In this document: positions 27,267 to 38,942 of the stretch, in pieces
Layout of the letters: the number at the start of each line of letters is the position of its first letter
Position numbering within the stretch: position 1 is the stretch's first letter
From: Lama glama
Lineage: Eukaryota
DNA: 64,000 bases
Assembly: GCA_028534125.1 (NCBI GenBank)
Contig: CM052816.1
Coordinates: 73,968,001 to 74,032,000, forward strand
Direction: 5' to 3'
Translations under genes and position numbers: made by a program
The notes under the pieces: model-generated
Databases searched by the model: none
What the model saw: the letters and a program-made list of their open reading frames with translations, nothing else
Told to the model about the DNA's origin: nothing

Positions 27267-27825
27267 TTTCATAATGTGTTTTCATTGTGGTTATTAAGTT
27301 AAATGGTTATCAGCAGTTCGTTTTTTTCAAGCTTCCCTTTTATAAGTAATTATTAGCAAAGTAAACAACTCCAATGAGCTAGTATGCTTAGACTCTAGGG
27401 ATTTTTAATAATACAGACACTTGACACGTTTCAAAGCAAACATTACTAACCTCAATCTCAGCCCTCTTCTCTCAGGCAGACAAATCAAGAGTGTGTTTGA
27501 TTGTGGGAAGCAAGTATTAACCGACTAAATGAACTTACACTAATCAATCTTAACTGGAAGAACATCAAGGAGAACTGACATTAAACAGCCAGCATAAAGT
27601 TAAATAATTGGCCATTTGTTTAAATTAAACTGTTAAGTTAAAACCAGTTTGCATTTAGAATTGTTGTAAGCATCTAAAAAACCAAATTTTAGCTTACCTT
27701 TGTGGATTTTGTTCTCTCTATACAGTAAGTGCCAATGACAAAAAGCTGTGGTTTTTTATGAATATAAAAAATTATGTATTTAATGATACCTTTGGAAGCC
27801 TGGGAAGATGGTGCGGGATAGGAGC

Positions 27826-28280
27826 TGTATTAGCATCTTGGGGCCGCTGTAACAAATTACCACAAACTGGATGACTTAAAGCTACAGAAATGTACTCTCT
27901 CACAGTTCTGGAAGCCAAAAGCCTGAAATCAAGGTGTCAGCAGAGTTGATTCCTCTGGAAGTCTGAGGAAGAAACCGTCCCATGCCTCTCTCCTCACTTG
28001 TGGAGAAAGCCTCTGGTTGTCAGCAATCGGTGGTGTTCCTTGGCTGGTAGACACATATCACTCCAATCTCTGTCTCCTCTTCACATTGCCACCTCCTCTG
28101 TGTGTCCCTCTGTGCCCAAATCTCCCTCTCCTTTCTCTTATAAAGACACTAGTCAGTGGATTTAAGGTCCACCCTAAATCCATGATAAATTCATCAAGAT
28201 CCTTGACTAATTACATCTGCAAAGCTGTATTTTCAAATAAGCATGGACACAAATTTTGAAGAGACACTAGCAACCCACTT
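27826..28280 (-). mobile_element. MLT1-type MaLR solo LTR
   Basis: tgtattag..gctgtaacaaattaccacaaactgg..ctcacagttctggaagcc..aatcaaggtgtcagcag is typical MLT1. Confidence 0.85.
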
Positions 28281-28351
28281 AGGGGCAATCTGTGTATAAT
28301 ACAATGTAAAGAGAGTTTTCTGTTGTTTTTAAACATGGATAGATACCAGGG

Positions 28352-28448
28352 TTTTTTTAAAAATTTTTTAGCGGATGTTCTAATGATTGAAGCCAGGACC
28401 TCGTGCAAGCTAAGCATGCACTCTACCACTGAGCTACACCCAACCCCC
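28352..28448 (-). mobile_element. Vic-1-like SINE
   Basis: caggacctcgtgcaagctaagcatgcactctaccactgagctacaccc is shared with the other copies. Confidence 0.85.
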
Positions 28449-29102
28449 AACCAGTTCTTGAGTTTAAAGTTGAAGTCCAAATTATTTGGGGGAAATTTGG
28501 GTGAAAGGTTTTTTTATTAATCATTAAAAGAATTTCCTTATATACTTGTTTGCTTTCTTAATAAAGACTCAATCTAATTGAATTTTCTTTCACTGTTTTA
28601 AAATATATGACTATATATTACATAGGTAGCATAATCAAACTATTTGATCATAAAACTCCATAATAGTTAACATGTTTATATTTAACTTTTTAAAATACTG
28701 CATCTAATGAAAACTCTAATTCTAATACTTTTTAAGCAGTTTTGTGAACATCATCCCTTTGTAGATCTTTTTTTATGCAGATATTACCCATAACAGAAAA
28801 GCAAAAACTAGATTCTGGTTTTCATTGGTTTTCATCATATCACTTTCCTACCTGCTCCTACTTCTTTAACCATTCTTAGTTCTTTCATCACTTAAATGGG
28901 CAAATGTTTCAAATATTCTCTTGGCCCTTCCTTTTAACTTTGATTTTGTCTTCCTACAGGTTCGATGTCAACTGTGCCATCACAACTCCCAAAGCTTAAT
29001 GTCCAGCCTGAATGTCTCTCCTAACCTCCAGACATGCCTGCCAGTCATTTCCACTGACATATCCACAGATATTTTAAACTCAACATGAGATTTCCCTCCT
29101 GC

Positions 29103-30060
29103 TCTACAAAGGACTTGTATCTAGAATATTAAAAGAACACTCAAACTCAACAGTTAAAAAAAATCCAAATAGAAAATGAGCAAAAGGCATAAAGAGCCAT
29201 TTTACCGAAGGATATAAGCACATGAAAAGATGTTCAACATCATTAGCCATTACGGAAATAAAAAAAAAACAACACATTGAGACATCACTACACATCTATA
29301 AGAATGTCTAAAATTAAAAAAAAAATAGTGGCCAATATCAAATGTTGGTGATGATGGGGAGATGCTGGATCACTCACACAATGGCAGTGTAAAATGGTAC
29401 TAGTCACTGGAAAATAGTTTGGTGGTTTCTTGAAAAACTAAACATGCAACTGCCATATGACCCAGCAGTTATACTCCTGGGTATTTATCCCAGAGAAATG
29501 AAAATTTAGGTTTGCCCAAAACCCATACACCAATATTGATAGTAGCTTTATTCATAATAGCCAAAAACTGGAAACAGCTCAGGTGTCCTTCAACAGATGA
29601 ATGGTTGAATACATCCTTACAATGGAATGCTCTTCAGCAATAAAAAGGAAGCACTGATACACACAACTGATACAGCTTGAATGAATCTCCAGAGAATTTT
29701 GCTGAGAGAAAGAAGTCAATCTCAAAAGGTAACATAATGTATGATGCCATTTATAAAACATTCTTGAAATAACAAAATTATGGAACTAGAGAACGGAGTA
29801 GTAGTTTCTAGGGTTTAATGAGGAGGTGAGGGTGGACGTGACTATAAAAGGGCAACAGGAGGAATCGCTGTGATAATGAAAATGTTCTATATCTTGACGG
29901 TATCAATGTCAATATTCTGGTTGTGACATCGTACTATAGTTTTGCAAGATGTCACCCTCGGAAGAGACTAGGTAAGGAGTACAAATGTTCTCTCTGCATT
30001 ATTTTTTACAACTGCATATGAATCAACAATTATCTCAAAATAAAATATTTAATAAAAAAT
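29103..30060 (+). mobile_element. Old L1M (L1MC-like) ORF2 end and 3' UTR
   Basis: ggacttgtatctagaata, atatgacccagcagttatactcctgggtatttatcccagagaaatgaaa, tacaactgcatatgaatc..attatctcaaaataaaa tail. Confidence 0.85.
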
Positions 30061-31699
30061 AAGCCTGGTGGGTGTAGTAAAGTATTAAGGTAGAATCTAG
30101 GTGGTGAGCATATAAAATTCTTTCAAATTAGCTGTATGTATTTTTGAAATTTTTCTTAGTAAAATCAGAAAAAAATTTAATCTTAACTATTGTGATTATA
30201 CTGAGACAAAGTCTACCCAATTCTCCCAATCTAAAGTATGAAAGTAACATAGATTCAACTCATTAGAAGTATTCCTAAGTGCTTTCCCTGTGGCATAAGT
30301 TTGTCAAATGAGTTTGCCCACCAGACAAGAAACTAATTCCGTGAAATGGTTTTTCATTAGCAGGGCTCTTCTGAAATACTATGAAGCAAATGTTGATGGT
30401 TCAAGAGGCCATCGTAATTTGGGGGGTAAAGATGTTTTTCATCATCCCTCTACCCCACCTCACCTTTTTTTTCAGCCTGCTAATTGTTATATTCCTCTCT
30501 CTACTGGTCTTTTTATTCACAGAATGGCCCAGTTACTCTAAGGATTGATTGCATTGCTCACTCTACTGCTAGGTGATACTTTAGCTGCCATATCTTTCTT
30601 GCAGTGGCTTTTGAGTAGAGGACCAATTACAATAATTTATAGCATTAACTCAAACATTTTAAGTACCTTCAAGAACAATTCATTTCAGAGCTTAAACTTG
30701 GCAGACCTGAGAACTACCTACAAATCCGGAGTAACTATTAAGGAGTCTTTGTTTCTTAATCCCCATAATAGGCTCAAGAGTACGAAGGCATACGGCGTGC
30801 CACCTTCTGATGCTACGAACAGTTAAAATCTGCATAGTATTTAACAGTTTCCAGAGCACTTTCACCTGTGTTATTTCATTTGCTCATTTTGATAACTCAG
30901 AAGTAGGTATCTTTATGCCTGTCCTAAGATGAAAAAATTGCCTTGAGGTTAACTGACACGTCTAAATGACACGTCACATCAACATGAAATATTGCTGAGA
31001 CTTAAATGTAGATCTTCAAGATCTTCTGGTTCAGTGATTCCTGGTAGAAGTATCCCCTAGGTAGGGGGATGCTAAGATGACTGGCCTGTGAGAATGAAGG
31101 TACCAAGAGAAACAGAGATGCCTCTGTGAATGTGGGGTCCCTCTTATTTCGCCCTCACCATTCATTCACGTGGATTATACCTACCACTCCTTTATTCATT
31201 TGAGATGAGACCTTCTCACAGAAGCCTCCCCCGATACTCAAGGTTGAGTTAGGTGCCCTTCCATTCAGACGTAAGTCCTAACATAATTATCGTGTTTATC
31301 ATTCTGTATTATTACTGTTTATTGATTGCTGCATTTAAGCCCCTTGATGATAGATATTTCATCTTATTCACTGGTATGTTATCAACACATAACAGACTGT
31401 CTGGCTTTATTAGGCAGTCAACAAATATTTGTCAAAAGAAAGAAAAACACTGTTAATGCCCTACAGGAACTGAAACAGAAAGAAGATACTGGCTTTTGAC
31501 CTCATGCCAAGAGAAAGGGCAGTGAATACACTGCGTCAGAGATAGAGAATCAGAAAATGCCTCTTACTTGACATTTATACATTAAGCATTGATGATCCTA
31601 ATTGTCTTTTGAATGCCAAATTTCAGCTCTGAAAATAGCATTTCCGGCTATCACATTACCTTACTGATGGCCAGCAAGCACTTCAGTTCAGTTAGTTGA

Positions 31700-33840
31700 A
31701 TCATGCAAATTAGTAGAATATTGTACATTGTAATTATTCATCAGAACTTCCTCCAGAATTTTAAACTCATATCTCAAATTCAGACCACGACTTTTCTTCT
31801 TTCCAACTCTCTTATATCTGTCTTTTGGTCCTCTTTTTTCCTTCCAATCTATCACCTGTCTTTCATCTTCAACCCTTTCTCTAGCTAAAACCACAAACAG
31901 CTTCTCAGCCCCTTCTGTCTTTACCCTTCTGCCTTAACTGCATCATGAAATTACACTCCCACTAACAGGCTTCTCAGTTCCCAGATCAAGTTGTCAAGAG
32001 TTGCTAGAGAAAAATCACAAAATTGTTTAGTGTTGCCCCAACAAATCCCTGGTCTCCAACCTCAGCCGGACTTTCTATACAGCCCAGCAGGCCTCCTATG
32101 AGCACGCCCTCTTCCTCATCAGCTGCTTCTCCCAGAGCTTCTGCAACAGTTGCTCCTCTCCTCAAGCCCCTTCTTTTTATGTCTCCCATCCTCACAGTAG
32201 AGACACTTTCCCCCTTTTTTTTTCCACTGAGAACATGGAGATCATCTTAAATTCCCATCACCCTCCTTCTCCTGCAATTTATCTGCCTCTGCTTCCATTT
32301 CTTAGTCAACATAGCTTTTCTCCCATCCCAAGTTATTCCTGCTGCCTGTACTTAGAATTTGTGAACTGCCACTTCCTCTGGTCCTTTATGCTATTTTCCC
32401 CCTTTTCCCTGATGTGTTCCTTTGCTTCATTGTCTTCAGCTAACAAACTAATCTTTCTTCTATCTAAATAAATAAATAAACCTATAATAGCAACAAAACG
32501 TCTTTAATATACTTGCCTTGCAAATTTCCTGTATCTGCCCATTTATTTCATAGTCAAGCTTAGAGGCATCTGTGTTTCCTAATACTACTGCTTGCACCCA
32601 AATCATTCACAAATCTATATTATTCCAATTGCTAATACTACTGGAATGCCTATTTATTAATTTACAGTGAGAAATATAACACAAACAGAATAGAATGTTT
32701 GCATCAGTGTCATCCACTTACTATGGAGATAAAGTGTAGCGTATGCTTTCAGTTTGTGGATTCTGGATTTAATAGAATTTAGCTGCTCATTAACTGTGAT
32801 CTAAAGCAAGTTAATGAATGTCTCTGAATCTCAGTGTTTTAATCTATAAAATGGGATTAGTAGTAGTACCTCACACCTACCTCATAGGGTTTGTTTTGGA
32901 GATTAAATGAGATAATCTATGTAAAGTGTTTACTTGGAACAGAGTAGGTGCTAACTGTTATTCTGATTGTTATTGTTCCTCTGAAAATGCAAATTTAGCC
33001 AGGTAGTCAAATTATAATGGAAGATTGCCTGATGAGGCGGGCATGGTTCCCAGAGACAGCTGTTCCTTCCATTGTGTAATGACCTCAGACAGCACAAAGT
33101 GCTCAAGCTCAGGGAACTGTGCCTTTCATAGATTCTCTAGAATCCTTGTATGTGACGTCTCAGCAACGTTTGACACTCGGGCTCTTCCTCTTTGATGTTC
33201 AAATCCCCTCTGGCTCCTCTCCGGTTCATTCCTATATAAACAGAGTAAACAGATTCCTCTTCTTCAATCTAGCCATGCAACTTGGTGCTTCTCTTTCCTC
33301 TTCTGCCTCTATATGCTTTTCGTAAGGAACCTCATTTCTTTCTGTGCCTTCACCTATCACATCTCTAACTGTAGGTAACATTCCTCTGAACTCCAAGTCC
33401 GTAAGTTAACTGTTGACAGAACAATTCCACTTAGCTGCTCCAGGTGCCAAATGAAATGTCCAAAGTGGAATTAGTGAGTCTCCTGTTCTGTGGGTGAGAG
33501 TCTCTGCTTCCCTCTGGTATTCTCACTCTTAGGGACTGAGGCACCAAAAGCAGAATCCTGGGAGTGATCCATATCCCTGGCTTCTCATTAATGCCTTGCA
33601 CACATCTGTCAGCTTCTTTCTAACAACCCTTGTATTTGGCCCTTCTCTCCAACCCCACAACCACTACCTTAATAGCTAGCCATTACCATTTCTCACTGGA
33701 ATTTCCGCTATAGCCACCAAACAGGTCCTTCTGCTTACACTTCACATCTACTAATCTCACACTCCTGTGTATCCTCAGCACCAAGAACAGTGTCTGGCCC
33801 ATAGCAGACATGCAATAAATATTTACTGAATGAATGAACA
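31700..33840. mobile_element. Degraded L2 fragments with an embedded MIR (about 32720-32975)
   Basis: Pyrimidine-rich L2-like tracts ending in caataaatatttactgaatgaatgaa; MIR core tctctgaatctcagtg..ctataaaatggga. Confidence 0.55.
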
Positions 33841-34224
33841 AATAGATGAATTCCTATCCTCATAGAGTTTATAGTCCAGCCAAGAGATTGACATCAAATA
33901 AGTGAGCCCACTAGATGCTGGGGAGATTCCCATGCAGCATTCTTGGCTCTTGAAGATGTATTGGAGCCCTGATTGGTCAAGTGCTGACTGGCTTTGGTTA
34001 CATTTCATAGAAGGGCCAAGAGACCAGGGGAGGAAGATAATTTACACAAATGAGACCCAAGAGAACAAACACATCAGCTAATCCTTCTTCTCTCTGTTAA
34101 TGACCCATTAATTTACAATGATACATAAGCTGCCATCATGATTTGGGCAAAGAAGAGTGAACCAAGTTAGCTAGGAAAGAGTTGGGAGTAACAGAATAAA
34201 ATGGAACAAGGCTTATTCATATGT

Positions 34225-35040
34225 GTTAGTTTTTCTAAACTTCTTACAGATAATTGTGAGTTTAAATGCAGTTGTAAGAAATAATACAGAGAGATTTCCC
34301 CCTAATGGTAACATCTTGTATAACTATACACAATTATAATACAATATCACATCCAGGAAATTAATATACAATCCACCTACCTTAGTTTTACATGCACTAA
34401 TTTTTGTGTGCATGTGCATACCTGTATTTAGTTCTATGCAATTTAATGTCACCTCTTTTTTTTTTCTTTGGTGGGGGGAGGTAATTAGGTTTACTTATTT
34501 ATTCTTAGAGGAAGTACTGGAGATTGAACCCAGGACCTCATGCATGCTAAGTCTATCACTTGAGCTATACCCTCCCCCCTAGTTCTATGCAATTTAATAT
34601 CACTTGTGTAGATTTGTGTGACCACCTTCACAGTCAAGAACGAAATAGTTCTATCACAAGGATTCCTCATAGTACCTACCCTTTTAATAGCCACACCTAC
34701 TTCTCTCAAAACCCCACACTCTCCTTAATCCCTGGCAACCACTAAACTGATCTCCGTCTTTGTAATTTTGTCATTTCAAGATTGTATAAATGGTATCATA
34801 CAATAACTTTTTGAGATTACTTTCTTTTCATGCAGCATAATTCCCTTGAGAGCCATTGAAGCTGTATTTATCAGTGGTCGTTCCTTTTTTTTGAGTAGTG
34901 TTTTATAGTATGAATACCGCAGTTTAAGCATTCGTTCATTAAAGAATCTATGTTTTTTCCAGTTTGGAGTTAGTATGAATGAAGCTGTTATAAAAAATTG
35001 GGTACTGGTTTTTGTGTGAACATAAATCTTCATTTTTCCA
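34225..35040 (-). mobile_element. Old L1M 3' region interrupted by a SINE
   Basis: atgcagttgtaagaaataatacagagag, ccctggcaaccactaa, ttttgtcatttcaaga..tataaatgg, tttttgtgtgaacata. Confidence 0.75.
34453..34579 (-). mobile_element. Vic-1-like SINE with a 24-nt TSD
   Basis: gattgaacccaggacctcatgcatgctaag..gagctataccctcccc; flanks TAGTTCTATGCAATTTAAT(G/A)TCAC at 34429-34452 and 34580-34603. Confidence 0.9.
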
Positions 35041-35099
35041 GAATACATGTTTAATTTGGGCTGCTTTAACAAAATACAATACACTGGGTGGAAGCACAT

Positions 35100-35690
35100 C
35101 ACTTAACTGATTTCACTGGTTCACAGCTGGAGAGGATCTTTGCTATTTTATAATAAGGTTTGACTTATATCCATTGACCAATAATATCTTCATTTCCATC
35201 TGAGACCTCATTAGAATCATCTTTCGTGTCCAGATTTCTACCAACATTCTCTACATGATTATTTGTATTCTCTAAGAAGATGGAAACTTTCCCTACAGCT
35301 CTCCTCATTCCTTCCTGAGCCTCACTAGAATTACCTTAACAGTTCCTTCATGGAAATGTTGACTTTTTCTAGCAAGCATCAAAAATCACTACCAGCCTCT
35401 ACCCATTAACCAGTTTAAAAGCCACTTACACATTTTTTAGGTATTTGTTACAGCTGCATCCCACTTCCCAGTATAAATTCTTGGGGTTTTTCCAGAGAAA
35501 TAGAATAGGAGATAGATAATGAGATATATAAATAGACAGGTAGAATTTATCATGAGGAATTGGCTTATGTGATTATGGAGGCTGAGAAGGTCCATGATTT
35601 ACTGTCTACATGCTGGAAACCCAGGAAAGCTGTAGTGTAGTTCCATTCCGGGTCTGAAGGCCTGAGAATCAGAGCAACAACGGTGTAAAA
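35100..35690. mobile_element. MaLR/ERVL internal and MLT2-like LTR fragments
   Basis: atttccatctgagacctca, ccagcctctacccattaaccag, gaggaattggcttatgtgattatggaggctgagaag. Confidence 0.6.
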
Positions 35691-36682
35691 AATCTGTTCA
35701 TGTTCTCTCCAAGTTCATTTTTCATATATCATAATAGGACTACATTTACTTAAAAGTAAATAGGGAGAAGGCAAAGGACAGCATCTGTTATCTAACTTAT
35801 CTAACAAAAGGGGCTGTAAAGATACCTTGATGTCACCATGGATACAGAATAGCCTTATCCTCAGATAAGAAAGTCTCAGGTGTAGAAAAAGAGCAGTCCA
35901 CCATAAAAGTTCTAAGGGGGAAAAAAGGGTGATGAATGCAAACCAAAGCCCAGGACAGGACTGGAGCATCTACGTCAATGGAACTTACAGGATATCTCTC
36001 TGTTGTTGAGCATACATTTTGTGGGGCTTTCTTACATAAAAGTTCAGGCAAGAAGTGACTGACAACAACATAAAAGAATCAATTTTTATGTTATGGGCGT
36101 TACCTCATCTAATTTTTAAACTGTAATCTTGTCTTGTCTTTACATGCTCAGTGCTACAACATACTTCTTATTTTATAGACGAGGACAATGAGACTTAGAG
36201 AAAATAAATCCCTTACTCAAGATCACACAGATGTTAAGGGTCAAGGCCAGGATCCAAACCAAACCTCTGGCCTACTCTGAATCCTACATTCTTTCTCAAT
36301 ACCAAGGAACCACACTTTTTGCTGGCTTTCTTCCCTGACTTCATTATTTTTGCCAACAATCAACAGAATGAATCACATATTCATGATTGCCCTCATTAAA
36401 GCTATTTTCTCTTTCATCTGGCTGAAGATCTTAACATTTTCTTCATTAGCAAGAAAAGAAAATGGTTAATGAGAGTTTTTCTTAACTGAAATGATTCTCA
36501 AGATTGAAAAGCATTAAGCCTTGCTCAAAATACAGGGCTACAATCAGAATCTGTGAAGATGGTTCTATCTAACCGTAAAGAGACCATTTTTTTCTCCTTT
36601 TCATTACTGATATTCATCCTTCATTTGGCTTTAGTACCATCAGGTAGGTCTGATTTTTTTAATTACATATTAAACAATGTCT

Positions 36683-37009
36683 AGAACTTTGCTGGGCAAT
36701 GCAGTAGCCACTAGCCACGGGTGGCTGTTGAGCACTTGAAATGTGCCTAATCCTAAATGAGATATGCCAAAAGCGTAAAATACACATTGGACTTTGATTA
36801 GTATGAAAAAAGAGAAAATATCTCATTAATATCTTTATATTAATAACATGTTGGAATGATGCCATTTGGATGTATGGCCTAAGTAAAATATATTATTAAA
36901 ATTAACTTCACCTGTTTTTTACTCGTGTAACGTGCCTTCTAGAAAATTTATAATTACATAAGTGGCTTGTATTTGTGTCTCGCACTATATTTGATTGGGG
37001 ACAGCACTG
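36683..37009. mobile_element. MER33-like hAT-Charlie DNA transposon next to the PAIP1 promoter
   Basis: gtagccactagccacgggtggctgttgagcacttgaaatgtg..taaaatatattattaaaattaacttcacctgttt..ggacagcactg. Confidence 0.8.
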
Positions 37010-37384
37010 GTAGAAGATGGAAAAGAGGGGAGTTTCATTGAAAGGTACTTTCTTAAAATTTCGGATGGAAAGAGAAAAGGGAAGAGAGTACAGCTTGGTC
37101 AGGGTGTGACCTACTGTGATCAAAAACCTACTGTGAATTGAGACGGGCGGGGGGCGGGCGGCGTGTTTTGATTCTGTTCCCATTCCCCTCTCCTTCGGCT
37201 AACGTAGCAGGTGGTAGAGCGTCTTCCAGAGCCCCCTTCCAGACCAGAGCCCTGGTCTCGGCTGGCGCGGGGTCATTGAACACACCTGCGCGCCCACGGA
37301 GGTGCGCGTCCGCGAGCCCTTGCGCCGGCTCCACGCCCCCTCCCCCCGTATTTTTATTTTCCTGGCATCAACCGTCAGTCTCGC

Positions 37385-37427
37385 ACTTCTCTCTTGAGAA
37401 CCATCGCGTAGGCCGCGGCCGCCGGCG
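37385..37427 (+). other. PAIP1: Probable alternative non-coding first exon of PAIP1 (short isoform starting at MAKPQ in exon 2); 5' end approximate
   Basis: Donor GCG|gtaagc at 37427/37428; pyrimidine tract CTTCTCTCTT near its start; an in-frame ATG in good context (GCAATGG) exists at 38847 in exon 2. Confidence 0.55.
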
Positions 37428-37894
37428 GTAAGCGCCCCTCTCTGCCCTCAGCCCGGCCGGGGAGTCGAGGTGGCCCAGCCAGGCCTCCGCGGCGGGCAGG
37501 GCTGTCCAGCGGCCTAGGCTCCGCTCGCCGGGTGGCCTGCTGGGCCGCGGTTGTCCGCCCGCCGCGAACGGGAGGAGCTGCAGCGGGCGCGCCCGGGGCC
37601 TCCGGGCCGCGGGGGGCCGCTGTGACCCGCCTTCGCCCCCGCCGCGCCGAAGGCGGGGGAGCCGAGTTTTGAGGGGAGAGTCGGAAAGCGGAGGGTAGCT
37701 GTGGGGGGCGGGCGGTCCGGAGCGGCGGGTTCGGCGGGTGCTCCAGCTGCCGTCCGCTCCGCCCGAATCGCGGAGGAGCCGAGCAGGGGCTCGCCGCCCT
37801 CCTCCTCCATGCGGCCCGAGTGAGCGCGGCGGCGAGAGCCGGCCCGCGGCGCCTCCCCCCGCGTCCTCTCCTGAGCGCAGCGGCAGCGGCCCCC

Positions 37895-37915
37895 GGAGGA
37901 GGAGGAGGAGGAGGA
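37895..37915 (+). repeat. (GGA)7 repeat two bases before the PAIP1 start codon
   Basis: ggaggaggaggaggaggagga-gc-ATG. Confidence 0.95.
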
Positions 37916-37917
37916 GC

Positions 37918-38185
37918 ATGTCGGACGGTTTCGATCGCGCCCCAGGTGCTGGTCGGGGCCGGAGCCGGGGCCTGGGCCGCGGAGGGGGCGGGCCTGAGGG
38001 CGGCGGTTTCCCGAACGGAGCGGGGCCTGCTGAGCGGCCGCGGCACCAGCCGCCGCCGCAGCCCAAAGCCCCGGGCTTCCTGCAGCCGCCGCCGCTGCGC
38101 CAGCCCAGGACGGCCCCGCCGCCAGGGGCCCAGTGCGAGGTCCCCGCCGGCCCCCAGCGGCCTCCCCGGCCCGGGGCGCTCCCAG
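37918..38185 (+). CDS. PAIP1: PAIP1 exon 1 coding part (MSDGFDRAPGAGRGRSRGLGRGGGG...RPGALP), RG/RGG- and Pro-rich
   Basis: ATG at 37918; donor CCAG|gtacgg; 268 nt, phase 1; inside ORF 37738..38202. Confidence 0.95.
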
Positions 38186-38775
38186 GTACGGAGCCGCTCT
38201 AGGGGACCCCGTCCTCCTGGGCCAACGCTTCCCCACGGCCCTCCGCGCACGCCCCAGCTCGGCGCGCTGTCTCCTCCTTCCCTCCCCGGTTCCCCGAAAG
38301 CATTCCCCGAGGGATCCGGTTGTGACGGGGTGGGGACGGGCCCGGAACGGGGTTTGGAAGGTGGCCGCCGAAATCCTTTGTGCTTCTCGGCTGGGGGAGG
38401 GGCGCGGTGCGCGGTCTCCGAGTTCTGCAGTCCCGGGAGGAAGTAATAATCGCCTCCCCCGCCCCAGCCCCCGAAAGGGAGGCCTTAGGCGGGCAACCAC
38501 CTCTTTCTAACCGACTCCTTAAAAAAGAAAGAAAAAAGGGAAAATAAAGCCCTCAAGCATTCATTTAGGAGCCAAATATGTTCATAAAGGGGCTAAAGCA
38601 AGTCTATTGTTTCTTTCTGCAGGCTCTCTGTTCATATCCTGGCGATAACCTTAAATTTCCTGATGGTTCTTGTTTAACTTAAAAGCCAGCCCTGCTCAGA
38701 TGGCTTTTCAGTACATAGTAAGTTGTTATACAAAGGAATGAACGCATGTAACACGGCTTTTCCCCCCTTTCTCAG

Positions 38776-38942
38776 AACAAACGCGGCCCCTGAGAGCTCC
38801 ACCTAGTTCACAGGATAACATCCCACGGCAGAACTCGGAGTCAGCAATGGCTAAACCCCAGGTGGTTGTAGCTCCTGTATTAATGTCTAAGCTATCTGTG
38901 AACGCCCCTGAATTTTACCCATCAAGTTATTCTAATTATACA
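38776..38942 (+). CDS. PAIP1: PAIP1 exon 2 (EQTRPLRAPPSSQDNIPRQNSESAMAKPQVVVAPVLMSKLSVNAPEFYPSSYSNYT) with PAM2 motif at 38886-38921
   Basis: Acceptor ctttctcag|AACAA, donor ACA|gtaagt; 167 nt; canonical PAM2 SKLSVNAPEFYP. Confidence 0.97.

Larger units (their letters stand above)
37140..38510. promoter_or_regulatory. PAIP1 promoter/exon 1 CpG island with multiple GC boxes
   Basis: Extreme GC and CpG density; GGGGCGGG motifs near 37150 and 37705; contains the PAIP1 start codon. Confidence 0.9.

Noticed and set aside
30784..30806. Small CpG-containing hairpin GAAGGCA...TGCCACCTTC followed by CTGA, considered as a snoRNA fragment
   Set aside because: No paired C box or H/ACA architecture; intergenic; stem short
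37128..38510. Long overlapping ORFs (232, 291, 328 aa on minus; 208, 125 aa on plus) across the PAIP1 island
   Set aside because: Low-complexity Arg/Gly/Pro/Ala translations expected from stop-poor GC-rich DNA; only the frame with MSDGFDRAPG matches a known protein
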